A stretch of DNA of 63,731 bases, filler included, from Octopus bimaculoides (Eukaryota): NCBI RefSeq assembly GCF_001194135.2. It is 4 parts of 3 records of this genome, joined end to end, with 100 filler letters (N's around TTAATTAATTAA, not from the genome) between each part and the next. Parts side by side here need not be neighbours in the genome. Positions count along the whole stretch, not along the records: positions 1 to 13,670 come from NC_068992.1; 3 more parts are not named here. One strand, given 5' to 3'. The notes beneath the pieces are model-generated. The model worked only from the letters and a program-made list of their open reading frames with translations. It was not told where the DNA came from and ran no database searches. Position numbers and translations under genes: made by a program. Shown here piece by piece: positions 1-12,214 of the stretch (position 1 is the first letter of the stretch; the number at the start of each line of letters is the position of its first letter).

Positions 1-109
1 CGTAAAGACGGACGAAAGGCCGCTAAGCATTTTTGCCGGCGTGCTAACGTTTCCTCCAGCTCCTCACCTTATACAAGAGTAATATTAGTAATATTTCGCC
101 ATCATAGAA

Positions 110-320
110 GGCAGCGAGCTGGCAGAATCGTAACCATGCCGAACAAAATGCTTAGTGGCATTTCTTCCGACTTTACATTCTGAGTTTAAATGCCGCCGGG
201 GTTGACTCTGTCAGTCATTCTTTCGGGGTCGATAAAGTAAGTACCAGTTGAGTACTGGGGTCGATGTAATCGACTTAGACCCTTCTTCGAAATTGCTGGC
301 CTTGTGCAAAAATTTGAAGT
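110..320 (+). mobile_element. tRNA-derived SINE family A (a partial minus copy also lies at 1-65)
   Basis: ggcagcgagctggcagaatcg...ctgagtt.aaat.ccgcc...ggggtcgataaa.taagtaccagttg. Confidence 0.8.
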
Positions 321-1509
321 CAAGGACGTGCTGCTATGGGATGCGAACCTTCGATAATGGATTATGTAGGGCAGCGTTTTATTGATCCGGCCAGCTGTAA
401 CGCTGATTATGCTTATCCATGGATTAAGTGAATGTTTCAAGCATACTTAGAAGGGATTATCTTGAAAATTACCAAAGGCGATATGAAGCTTTCAGCTCCA
501 GCGAACAAAAAGGACAAGTTTTACAGGCTGGGAACTTTATAAACAACTCAAAGACAAATTCTTCAATAAGATTAAAAAAAAAAAATTCTGAAATAATATA
601 TATAAAAAAAAAAGAAAATCAAAAAGAAAAATGACCTTTTCGAGATTTATTACATATTTCAAGGTTTTGTACTGATTCTTCAACGAAGGTTTACTTTTTT
701 GGTTGAAAGAACAAAATCCGAAACAAAAATGTCTCACAAAAACAGGATAAAGCATTATAAGAACCAAAATCTAATAAGAAGGAATTCCTTTCGTTCCTTT
801 ATCTTTAATTAATGGCTTCTAATTTACATTCAAAACCATTAATTTTAAGGAGAAGAATTAGTCGATGGTATCGATCACCATACAGGAATGGCATATTATT
901 TCTTTGACCTCGAGTACAAAGTTGACCTCGCACGGAGTTGAACTTAGAAATTTGACAGAATATGGCAAGAAATTTGTCCTGATGTTTTGACAGTTCTCCC
1001 ACTTTGCTGCGATAAGTATATCTTTAATCAACGAAATTCTTACACATACAGCTAAATTTAACGTTTACGAAGTTGCATGTATACGTTTTTAGGTTGTGAA
1101 ATGCATTTTGGTAGCGGAACGCGATATTTTTATAACCGTACTCAAGAACAACTGTTTAATTCTTAGCAACAAGAAATCTTTTCCGAAGCAAATGGCACTA
1201 TTAAAGATGTCTTAGGCATCAATTAAAGACATGAATTAGCGCAAGGAAAATCTAAATTGACCCCCAGTAAAATTCCTGTTTAAAGCTGTGACGAATTTCG
1301 AGTATCTATTTCGGATTCTTCCGTTTTTTCGACTCCACCTCGCAAATAACACCCAGAAATCATTATATCAGTTACTTATGCACTTATCGTGGTTTTAAAG
1401 GATTATGATGACATCATGTGAATTTTTCTCCAAAGTATTTGTAACCTCGATCCCGAGTTCGCGTTTTGATTAGGGCGTCGGGTTATTACTTGGATTTTAG
1501 CAATGCACT

Positions 1510-1723
1510 TTTATCTTTTATCTTTTACTTGTTTCAGTCATTAGACTGCGGCCATGCTGGAGCACCGCTTTGAAGAATTTTGAGTCGAATGTATTGACTT
1601 CAGTACTTATTTTCTAAAAGCCAGGCACGTATTCTATCGGTATTTTTTTTGCCGATCCGCTAAGTTACGGGTACGTAACCATACCAGCATCAGTTGACAA
1701 ACACAGATACAAAGACACAAACA

Positions 1724-1755
<32 letters not shown>

Positions 1756-1868
1756 TTACAACTAGCTTCTTTCAGTTTCTATCTACCAAATCCACTCACA
1801 AGGCTTTAGTCGGCTCGAGGCTATAGTAGACAACACTTGCCACGCAGCGGGACTGAACCCTGAACCAT
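1510..1868 (-). mobile_element. SINE family B (internal CA microsatellite, gagtaaaa-type tail)
   Basis: Reverse complement of the family consensus seen at 48770-49165. Confidence 0.85.
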
Positions 1869-2289
1869 NNNNNNNNNNNNNNNNNNNNNNNNNNNNNNNN
1901 NNNNNNNNNNNNNNNNNNNNNNNNNNNNNNNNNNNNNNNNNNNNNNNNNNNNNNNNNNNNNNNNNNNNNNNNNNNNNNNNNNNNNNNNNNNNNNNNNNNN
2001 NNNNNNNNNNNNNNNNNNNNNNNNNNNNNNNNNNNNNNNNNNNNNNNNNNNNNNNNNNNNNNNNNNNNNNNNNNNNNNNNNNNNNNNNNNNNNNNNNNNN
2101 NNNNNNNNNNNNNNNNNNNNNNNNNNNNNNNNNNNNNNNNNNNNNNNNNNNNNNNNNNNNNNNNNNNNNNNNNNNNNNNNNNNNNNNNNNNNNNNNNNNN
2201 NNNNNNNNNNNNNNNNNNNNNNNNNNNNGACAACTATTCACTCCACTGCCTCCCCCTCCTCTCACTCTCGCAGACTCTAATGCGTTAAA

Positions 2290-2597
2290 CTTACGCTAAA
2301 TTACACAATAAAAATAGGCAAAACACTCTTCAGTTCTATATTTAAGAGATGAGGAATTATGTACATTATTTACATTTGACAGATATTTGTCCTCATCTTG
2401 TTTGTTGTTAACACAACGTTTCGGCTGATATACCCTCCAGCCTTCAGTAGGTGTCTTGGGGAAATTTCGAAATTGGGTTCTCATTCCTAAGGTATTTTTC
2501 GATGTTATTATTATTATTGTTATTATTATTCAGGTTACTGCCTGGAATCGAACTCAGAATCTTGGGGTTTGTAGCGTGCGCACTTAAACACTACGCC
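2290..2597 (-). mobile_element. SINE-like element: tRNA-like head, (AAT)n, hammerhead-bearing 3' body
   Basis: Head GGCGTAGTG...GAGTTCGATTCC (A and B boxes) at 2597-2531, followed by the AAT run and the body containing 2411-2454. Confidence 0.55.
2411..2454 (-). ncRNA. Minimal type I hammerhead (PLE type) with mutated core
   Basis: ACAC-CUACUGA-A-GGCUG-[10 nt]-CAGCC-GAAAC-GUU-GUGU. Stems I and II are perfect and stem III is the palindromic ACGU; the core differs from CUGAUGA at two positions. Confidence 0.6.
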
Positions 2598-2601
2598 CAC
2601 G

Positions 2602-2700
2602 GGCATATGGCGTAGTGGTTAAGAGCGCGGGCTACTAACCCCAAGATTCCGAGTTCGACTCCAGGCAGTGACCTGAATAATAATAATAATAATAATAATA
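2602..2700 (+). mobile_element. tRNA-like SINE head with (AAT)n, back-to-back with the previous element
   Basis: TGGCGTAGTGGTTAAGAGCGCGGGCTAC...GAGTTCGACTCC; 59/67 identical to the inverted copy at 2531-2597. Confidence 0.7.
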
Positions 2701-3639
2701 TTTTTACTTGCTGGCGCACCGCCTTTAGTCGAGCAAATCGACCCCAGAACTTATTCTTTGTAAGCCTAGTACTTATTCTATCGGTCTCTTTTTGCCGCTT
2801 TTCTCAAGCGATGGCGGAGGGAACAAACACACATGCATATATATATATATANNNNNNNNNNNNNNNNNNNNNNNNNNNNNNNNNNNNNNNNNNNNNNNNN
2901 NNNNNNNNNNNNNNNNNNNNNNNNNNNNNNNNNNNNNNNNNNNNNNNNNNNNNNNNNNNNNNNNNNNNNNNNNNNNNNNNNNNNNNNNNNNNNNNNNNNN
3001 NNNNNNNNNNNNNNNNNNNNNNNNNNNNNNNNNNNNNNNNNNNNNNNNNNNNNNNNNNNNNNNNNNNNNNNNNNNNNNNNNNNNNNNNNNNNNNNNNNNN
3101 NNNNNNNNNNNNNNNNNNNNNNNNNNNNNNNNNNNNNNNNNNNNNNNNNNNNNNNNNNNNNNNNNNNNNNNNNNNNNNNNNNNNNNNNNNNNNNNNNNNN
3201 NNNNNNNNNNNNNNNNNNNNNNNNNNNNNNNNNNNNNNNNNNNNNNNNNNNNNNNNNNNNNNNNNNNNNNNNNNNNNNNNNNNNNNNNNNNNTATATATA
3301 TATATGCATATATATATATATATACATGCATATATATATTCATGTATATATATATATGCATGTATATATGCATATATATATATGCACATATATATATATG
3401 CATATGTATATGTATATATATATATATATATATACAAATATATATGCATATATAAATGTATATATAGGCGTATATATATGTATGGATATATATAATTGCA
3501 TATATATACATATATATATGCATATACATATGTATATATATATGTATATATATGCATATATATATGTAATAATACAAATGATATATGAGCATATGCATGT
3601 ATACATACATATATGTACATACCTACATCTACATGTATA

Positions 3640-4290
3640 TATAGATGCATATCCGGGTACAGGACGTCAAAAACCTGGACAAAAAAGGAACGGGAACACA
3701 AACAAAGCACAAAAAACGGACTTTTTTTACGGACAACAGAATGAACACATAGGAAAACAGACAAGCCACTTATAGAACTTTTCCTTCATCAGCTGCCTCT
3801 GATTCTAAATTCTAAATTAGGCGTTTCGAAGATGAGGCAGAACGCGCTCTTAGAATAGCTCTTCCCGCGAAGTGGATTAACCTGCTAAGCGGAGGATTCT
3901 AAAGTAGCAAACAAAAACAAGACAGGAAAAATTAAACAGTGAAAACAACATTAAGGGCCGGTAAGCCGAATGAGATGAGATACTGTACGCTTTGATGTGA
4001 CGAACTTGAGCGGAGAAAGATAGCAGTTCGTCTTGCCTTTATGCTGGCTGAAGGGAGAAAGGAAGAGGTGACCAGAGGTCACATGTGAGTAAGGAGGAAT
4101 GGTAGAGAGAGAGAAAAAGGGAGGAAGTTGAACAACGGTGAGCGACGAGAGACAGGGATGAGGAGTAAGAAAGAGATATGTATAGCAGTGAAGGGGAGAA
4201 GCAAGGACAACAGAAGGAAGAAGAACGAGCGGGGTAGATAAGTAAGAAGAAAGATAGATAGATAGACAGAAAGAGAGAGAGAGAGAGAGA
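3640..4290 (-). mobile_element. Non-coding PLE-terminal-repeat-like element carrying permuted hammerhead copy 1
   Basis: About 450 bp (3640-4095) aligns by eye with the reverse complement of 62750-63172. The 3' end runs into a (TA)-rich array. Confidence 0.6.
3775..3860 (-). ncRNA. Hammerhead-ribozyme-like motif, non-circularly permuted (copy 1)
   Basis: RNA GCGC-GUU-CUGCCUC-AUCUUC-GAAAC-GC...GAGGCAG-CUGAUGA-A-GGA. Stem I is CUGCCUC/GAGGCAG (7 bp), stem III is ACGC/GCGU, stem II is only about 3 bp. Confidence 0.6.
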
Positions 4291-4537
4291 NNNNNNNNNN
4301 NNNNNNNNNNNNNNNNNNNNNNNNNNNNNNNNNNNNNNNNNNNNNNNNNNNNNNNNNNNNNNNNNNNNNNNNNNNNNNNNNNNNNNNNNNNNNNNNNNNN
4401 NNNNNNNNNNNNNNNNNNNNNNNNNNNNNNNNNNNNNNNNNNNNNNNNNNNNNNNNNNNNNNNNNNNNNNNNNNNNNNNNNNNNNNNNNNNNNNNNNNNN
4501 NNNNNNNNNNNNNNNNNNNNNNNNNNNNNNNNNNNNN

Positions 4538-5386
4538 AAAGTGTCACCATCGTATATTTTTAATTTTGTGTACTACGCAGTATAGTAGGGTCAGTTGGGC
4601 ACCGTCTGCGAGAAAAGCAGGACTATGACGCAATTCACTCTACCAGAAATTTAGAAACGACATGTTGTACTGCTTGGCGTTCCCACCGAAAGCTCCAGTA
4701 CGAACAGTTGGTGAACACACAGAACAACCGTTGGCTTGATATGTCCCCAAAACATGTACCGAGAGCGATAAAAATCAAACATCCAGTCAACGTGGTGTTT
4801 GGAGAGATTACTAGTGATCGTGACGTTATGTCTCCCTTCATCTTGTAACATGTCCTCACACTCAACACGGAGGCCTACATCAAGTGCCTGCAGGATGTAG
4901 TGCTGCTCTGGGTCAAGAGGGTGGCTGCTGGAATATCCTATGCCTGGCAACAGGACTCTGCACCATGCCACACAAGCAGGAGAACCTAGTCATGGCTGTC
5001 AGACAATTTCTGCGACCACATCATCCCTACCATCTGTCCACCTAACTCCTCAGACTGCAAACCCATTGATTATTATTATGGGGCACAGTTGAGCGAGAGA
5101 CCAACAAAAGTCCTTGTAACACAAAAATGAACTGAAGGCAAGGATTATGGCAGCATTCACCAACTTCACCAAGGAGACTGCCCAGAAGTGTTGCAGGAAA
5201 TTCCGAAGTCATCTGGACGCCGTGGTTGGAGCCATTGGCGATTTTATTGAATAAATTTACTCTTTAGTATTTCAAGATATTTTAATGTGAATTTGGTAAA
5301 TATATCTGTTAAAATGAGATGTCAGTGTTATTTTCATTTTTACGTAATTTAGATGACAGTTTGAATAAACTGTCATCCACACCCTG
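4538..5386 (+). mobile_element. Internally deleted Tc1/mariner element of the maT (DD37D) type
   Basis: VNTQNNRWL...WQQDSAPCHTSRRT*SWLSDNFCDHIIPTICPPNSSDCKPIDYY has 37 residues between the second and third Asp. It ends ccacaccctg followed by TA. The 5' end is in a gap. Confidence 0.88.
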
Positions 5387-5479
5387 TATATATAATTATA
5401 TATTTGTGTGTGTGTTTGTGTATGCATATATATATATATGTATGCGTATGTGACAGAGAGAGAGAGAGAGAGAGAGTGA

Positions 5480-5700
5480 GTGTGTGTTTGTCCCTCACCA
5501 CCGCTTGAATACTGGTGCTGGTTTGTTTACGCCCCCGTAATATAGCGTTTCTTCAAAAGCGACGCATAGAATAAGTACCAGGCTTTTGAAAAAGAATTGG
5601 TGGGGTGGGGGCGTCGATTCGTTCGACAAAAAAAACTGTTTGAAGGCGGTGCCCCAGCATGGCCGCAGTCTGGTAACTGAAACAAATAAACGATGAAAGG
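5480..5700 (+). mobile_element. SINE family B, 3' half
   Basis: gcttga...tgctggt...gatagaataagtaccaggc...ggcggtgccccagcatggccgcagtc. Confidence 0.75.
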
Positions 5701-6770
5701 TATAGAGCTTTGAGTCTCTGGTGATTCGAATCCAAAATCTGGTGCTTCCTTTCCCATAATAGATGTTCACTTCATTTGTTGACGAAATCCTGTCAAACCA
5801 TTTCATCCCCGTCTCTTAAACAATTCGGTGAAGAATCAGAAGAATTTCGAGAGCGACAAACAAATATGTTCTGAGTTCAAACCCCATTAAGGTCAACTGT
5901 GCCTTTTATTCTTCCAGGTTCGATAAAATAAATCACTTAATTCGATTCCTTCAATTTCTCTCTCTATCAGAACTGGCTCGTTTTCTTTCACTTGGTTATT
6001 GTTATTCAAATACAGACGCTACTCTGTCCTAGGAGGGGCGTTGAGCTAGAGAACAGTACCTTTTTTTCAAAGTACCCCTCCACCCAAAACATTTGTAGCG
6101 CAGGGGCAGGTACAATGTTTATGAGCGAAGTCAGACTAATTGATGTGGTCAGACTTAGGCTTGACAATTGCTATCGGTTTGTTTACGTCTATGTAACTTA
6201 GCGGTTTGCGAAAAGAGACTGATAGAATAAGTATCAGGCTTAGAAATAAATATATAACTACTGGGGGCGATTTGCTTGACTTAACACTTCAAGACGCTAC
6301 TCTGAACTTAAGAAAACGGACCATCTTCTTCGCTGCCAATGCTGTGGCTAAAAATTAGTGGAATACCAAACTAAATTCATTCCACAGACTTTAGACTTTA
6401 AACTTCCGTTCTTCAGTCATCATTCTGTTGTTGCTTTGATTGATTTCTGTATAATATTCTTAATCCGTTTGCCTATCTGTTTGCTCGTCTTTCTCTCCCT
6501 CCCTTTCCCCCTCTCTCTCTTACTTTGTCATTCCTGAAGAAGTATCACAGCCCAAAATATTAGACTCTTTATTGTTTTCGTCGAAAGTATGTTAATTTCA
6601 TTTCTCAGGGACGGGTTTCTATACCTGAATGAAGAATGATATCCTGCATCTGAGTATACCGTGATTTTTATTGCCGATTTGCGATCCTCTTCCGTCCATT
6701 ATGACACGTTAATTGCATATAATAAAACAAAAGAGATTGTTATAAGTGTAGAACTAGACTGGAAACTTAC

Positions 6771-6981
6771 CGAGGTAGTTTCTACTGGGTTTTAGTTCTT
6801 TAATATAAATATTGAACGCTCCTTTAGGTATTATCATCAATGGATTGTAACCATATTTCATAAAAGTCTTGTCACCCGTAATGTTGGCGTGAACCACACG
6901 ACAGGCCATGTTGTTGCCATTGCAGACGCCACAGGAATCTTCTTTCGCAGTAGAATCGAGGAGGCCGTCGCAGCCAACTTT
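6771..6981 (-). CDS. Internal exon (211 nt, phase 0 to 1) of an ADAMTS / ADAMTS-like / papilin-family gene: end of the Cys-rich domain and start of the spacer domain
   Basis: Translates KVGCDGLLDSTAKEDSCGVCNGNNMACRVVHANITGDKTFMKYGYNPLMIIPKGAFNIYIKELKPSRNYL(G). This matches the family pattern xVGCDxxLxSxxxxDxCGVCxGxxxxC...GYxxxxxIPxGAxxIxIxE...NYL. Acceptor is tttctttctttcag and donor is gtaagt. Confidence 0.95.
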
Positions 6982-7019
6982 CTGAAAGAAAGAAAGAAAG
7001 AAAAATGAATAAAGAATTT

Positions 7020-7290
7020 TCAATGAATAGTTTTAATAAATACACGAATTAATTAATTAATTTCTTCTGCACCCAGGAATCCAAGTCGTAAATGAGGATT
7101 ATTAATGGGGATCAGATCTCTGGCCTGAGGCGAACTCTGAGGTACCTCTTGGTACTGTATATACATTTGTGTAGAAATATTAGTCAATGAATTGTTTTAA
7201 TAAATACACGAATTAATTAATTAATTAATTAATTAATTAATTTCTTTTGCACCCAGCAGTCCAAGTCGTAAATGGGGAATATGAATATTG
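7020..7290. repeat. Local tandem duplication (period ~165 bp) with a variable (TTAA)n tract
   Basis: tcaatgaat.gttttaataaatacacg(aatt)n tctt.tgcacccag...tccaagtcgtaaatg.gga occurs at 7020-7110 and 7183-7290. Confidence 0.85.
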
Positions 7291-7911
7291 TCAGATAAAT
7301 TCGCTTGTTTTTACCATTTTTATCCTTTGAAAATCCTTTCCAATATTATTTCAGTTAACACGACGAGTATTTTTATCACAGAGTCTTATGTTTTTTGTAG
7401 CTCTATTCTTCTACAATTTTTGCTTATCAATTTTGAAATTTGAATAAATTTTACCTCTTTTCAAACACATGACGATGGACTGTCAAGTAAAAGAACGAAT
7501 TAATCTGACAACCCAATACAAGTGTTTGCTAGAGGGGTTACGTAAAGGTGGTTGAGGAGGAGAGTCCTGAGATGAGATAAAACAAGGCTGCCAACCTCGA
7601 TCCTAAACTCTTGAATTGTGAAAATTGTAGGGCGCAGTCCTATTTGCTGGCAAACCCACTTATTCACCTTCGAAACCCCATTAGAATAAGTACCAGGTTT
7701 TTAAAAAATGTACTGGGGTCGATTCATTCAACTAAAACTTCTTCAGGGCGGTGCTCCAGCATGGCCACAGTCTAATGGTTGAAACAAATAAAAGGGAAAA
7801 TGTAAACAGACAATAATGATTAGTTATCGCAGATTTATAATCTCATCGAGACGATCCGAGTACAATATTACTAAACTAAGCATTTGAATATCAATTACAT
7901 ATAAATATAAG

Positions 7912-8110
7912 CTTGGCGCTGATAAAATCGTTAGCGCGTTGGATATGCGTAACGGCTCTTTGTTCGGCTCTTTACGTTCTGAAATTACAAATTCCGCCGA
8001 AGTCGATTTTGCTGTTCATTTCAGGATCAATAAAATAAGTACCAGTCGAGCAGTGAGGTCGATATAACCCGACTAATTGATATAATCGACTAATCTCGAG
8101 ATTTAGAATC
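7912..8110 (+). mobile_element. SINE family A, decayed
   Basis: tttacgttctga...aaattccgccgaagtcga...aataagtaccagt. Confidence 0.7.
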
Positions 8111-9811
8111 TAAATATGATTTTCCCAGTAAGCCAACTGCTGCAGGCAAATAACGAAATGGATTATAATCGAAATAAGCGAAACCGAGCTTAATGAGCGA
8201 GGTACCTTTTGAAAAGTCACCTGACGTGGCACATCTGCACCGAATTATGTACCACAACTATTTGTACAAAATATCACCCGCGAAGGATCAATGCACGATG
8301 GGTCGAAACGATCGTACTGATCAATAAAGAGCCTAGTGAATTCCATTTTCTTTCGTATATATATATATATATATNNNNNNNNNNNNNNNNNNNNNNNNNN
8401 NNNNNNNNNNNNNNNNNNNNNNNNNNNNNNNNNNNNNNNNNNNNNNNNNNTGTGTGTGTGTGTGTATGTGTGTATGTATGTATGTGTTCGTTGTTATTAT
8501 GCAAAAGTGTTGTAAGTCCAAAACATTGCTTTTTCAGAAAACGAAAAATTAGTTTCACCATTCCTTTGCAAAACTGTTGTACTACACTATGGCAATTTTT
8601 GATATCTTGGCATCTGAAGCAACTGGAGACACAATAGTTTGATCAAAAGAACTTGCTATTGCAAGCAAAAATGAATATTGAAAAGAAAAAAAAAACGTAT
8701 TTGGCCAAATTTGGACATACGATAGTTTAACATAATAGCAACGATTTGTGTATGAATCTATCTATTAATATATTTATTAGTTAAATTGGTGGATTGCATA
8801 TTGAGTGTTTAGTGCTTTACGTAAGACCAGAGTGCTATATCTGGGCAGAAATAGTTAAGCATTGCATTCATGTAGGACATCAGTCTGACGTTTTAGTAGA
8901 AATATATTTATGTCTAATCTCTGAACAGGGTTGATTAAATTAACTTGATTTCGGCAGTTAACTGGCACTTATTTTACCCCCATCCCCCCAGAAGGACAGC
9001 AACATCTACTCGAGCGAGAATTGAACTTAGGACGTGATGACACATGGCGTTTTACTGATTCTGTCATTTGGTGGCCATTATTAGGAGAACTCTATAAAAC
9101 TCCATGATATATATTTTGTGAGGATTTGATAAAAAGCAAAAGAAAAAACAATATAGTTCCGACCAGTCTAAAGAAAATAATTAACCATCAGTGTTTTCCA
9201 AACTGAAAAATAAATATTCTTTGGTAATTCTTTTTTTTTATGAAAGAGAATGGTATTTCGAAAGGATCATAAACTCTTAGGACTATGAAGATAGCGATAA
9301 GATAGGGATATATATTAGAGTTTAAGAAAACATCTGGAGGGAGAGAGAAAACAGCATTTAGGTTAAGGGGATACATAATATATGTCGAGTTCAACCTCAA
9401 GGGAGGGAGAAAAAGTTTCCGAAGATAATGGTACATTAATTGGAATAAACAGATTCCTAGGGGACACAGAAGCATATAATTTGATGTGATCCCTCGTAAC
9501 AGTAATAACGTATCGAGAGTAAAGAAACCTGTAGGGGCATATAAAAAGCGAAATAACATATGCAAAGTTTGGGTTTGAAGAGTAATTGTAATTTAATGGG
9601 TACAAAATACTCATTATAGTCAACGGTTTCCAATCAGTTTTAATGGTTTTGAAACGTAGTAATGTTCACAAAGAAGTCCTTTCCAGTTTTATGTTAATTG
9701 AAATATTTTAAGTCATCTATATTTAAGACTTTCTCATGTTACGAGATATAAATCCTGCTATATCGAATATTTATCGAAAACTGTATCTGTTGTTAGTATT
9801 TTTTCCTAGCG

Positions 9812-10315
9812 TGAAGAAATATTTCCTTCGTTTAACGTACGTGAGTAGATGTTTCGCTTTACATACCATGAAAAATGCTACCACGGGAAAACTGTGTAAT
9901 CATTCTAGATGCTAGAAATAACAACTAAATCTCTACAAAATTATGACAAGAAAGGGTATTTCCTCCATTTTACATAAGTAGATATTTCTCTTTACATACC
10001 ACGAAAAATTGTTAGCACGGAAGGATGCTAGAAATAGCAACTAAATCTCCATAAAATTACAAGAAAGGGCATCACCGTTTAACGTAAATGGATGTTTCGC
10101 TTTACATACCACGTAAAATGTTAGCATGGAAAGCATGTACGTAATCTTTCTAGATGCTAGAAATAGCAACTGAATCTCTACAAAATTATGACAAGATGAG
10201 GCATTTCCTTCGTTTGACATCAGCAAATGTTTCGTTTTACATAGCGCAAAACATATTAGTACGGGAGGCATAATTGATCGAAGTGCTAGAAATAGCAATG
10301 AAATCGCCATCAAAA
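9812..10315. repeat. Degenerate minisatellite, about 4 units of ~110-130 bp
   Basis: Recurring gatgtttcgctttacatacca...gatgctagaaatagcaact.aatctc. Confidence 0.85.
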
Positions 10316-11294
10316 TATATTACACCATTTTAAAAACGGAAAGGTAGATAGGATAGCATAGTACTTGAAATAAAGAGGAAACGGTCACGAGTGAAGCGCC
10401 TCTAAAAATAAGTCATTCAGAACCGATTTGTGGTTAAAGTACAATATATCAACCAACATTCTAGTATTTTGTTGTTGTTGTTATTGTAGTTTGAACCCTA
10501 GAATAGCCTTGATGAAACAGGCCTATGATCGTATCATTGATCAACTGGCTTTCTCCTTTCAAGATGATAGATACGATTCGGGGGGAAATCTGGTTGCTAT
10601 TTTTAGAAAATCAAGTAAACACGTATTGCCTCCCCTTGTTCTCACGTTTTACTTTATTTTCTACATGTACTTCGTGACATACTCAAACTTCGGATTCATG
10701 CCAAATGATATGTGTGCAGTAACATGAACGAGAATATGCTAAAAATTAGTTATCCGTCGTGCAATTTACAGTTTAAATTTGAACTCTATGAAAATATAAA
10801 TATATGTATGTATTTCAGTATATATATGTAAATTATAAGGGATTTCTCCGAACGCTTATCGTTTAACCTTCAGTTATGTTTTCAAAAGTTGTCAATCTCA
10901 ACAGTTAGTAGATAAATTCTGTCATAATTCTTATCAGATAAGAATTCAGAGATATATTAAACTGCACCCAAATCAAAATGTAAATTAGAATTCATGAAAT
11001 GCTACTTCACCAAACTCCTTACGATATATATACATTAATCAATATACGACTATACTTTTTCAAAGAATCTTTTTGTTCATTCCCTCACTTTCAGCATGTG
11101 TCTATGTGATAGATAAAATAGTTTAGAGCCATTTGGCGTCTTCTTCTAACATGTAGCATTAGTGGGTAGTTGCCCTTATAATTTTATAATTATATTTAGA
11201 AAATTAAATACTTCGTATTAATTCTTATTTTAATTGGTTTTAACATGATAGCTACTTGATAAATTCCTATATAGATTTTATCCTTAATTTTATA

Positions 11295-11332
<38 letters not shown>

Positions 11333-11923
11333 TTGCAAGATTTTTTATGTGAAATCGTGTGTTGAAACAGATGTTGTTGTACTTGGGGATGGTCATATTG
11401 CCAGTTTAGCCAATAAAAACACACGCACTGTATATTTGGTGTTAATTNNNNNNNNNNNNNNNNNNNNNNNNNNNNNNNNNNNNNNNNNNNNNNNNNNNNN
11501 NNNNNNNNNNNNNNNNNNNNNNNNNNNNNNNNNNNNNNNNNNNNNNNNNNNNNNNNNNNNNNNNNNNNNNNNNNNNNNNNNNNNNNNNNNNNNNNNNNNN
11601 NNNNNNNNNNNNNNNNNNNNNNNNNNNNNNNNNNNNNNNNNNNNNNNNNNNNNNNNNNNNNNNNNNNNNNNNNNNNNNNNNNNNNNNNNNNNNNNNNNNN
11701 NNNNNNNNNNNNNNNNNNNNNNNNNNNNNNNNNNNNNNNNNNNNNNNNNNNNNNNNNNNNNNNNNNNNNNNNNNNNNNNNNNNNNNNNNNNNNNNNNNNN
11801 NNNNNNNNNNNNNNNNNNNNNNNNNNNNNNNNNNNNNNNNNNNNNNNNNNNNNNNNNNNNNNNNNNNNNNNNNNNNNNNNNNNNNNNNNNNNNNNNNNNN
11901 NNNNNNNAGTTTTGTTTCTAAAC

Positions 11924-11969
11924 AAAACTGTCCGACGAACGGGAACATGAAACTCTGAATAACAATTTT
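11924..11969 (+). ncRNA. Decayed minimal type I hammerhead with CCGAYGA core
   Basis: AAAACUGU-CCGACGA-ACG-GGAA-CAU-GAAAC-UCU-GAAUA-ACAAUUUU. Stem I 7/8 bp, near-palindromic stem III, one mismatch each in stems II and III. Confidence 0.45.
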
Positions 11970-12001
11970 TGTGGTATTTTTTGCTGCTTTTTAATTAAGC
12001 A

Positions 12002-12074
<73 letters not shown>

Positions 12075-12214
12075 GTGTGTGGTTGTGTGTGCTTATGTTT
12101 ATAAAAAAAGTGGAAAGGGGATAAATAAGTTAAAAATGCAATATAAAGTGGCGTAATTATAAGAAAAAAAAAAAGAAAAACGAAATAAGGTTGCTAAGTT
12201 GCAGGAGTTGTAGA

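Noticed and set aside
2531-2675. Functional tRNA genes
   Set aside because: A and B boxes are present, but there is no convincing acceptor stem or cloverleaf, and they run into AAT tails; treated as SINE heads.
6525-6570. CUGAAGA-A…CCC-AAAA possible hammerhead (+)
   Set aside because: GAAAC and stem II are too decayed; probably a dead PLE terminus, so it is not counted.
9188-9623. Overlapping minus-strand ORFs of 125 and 86 aa
   Set aside because: No recognisable domain or splice sites; compositionally biased.
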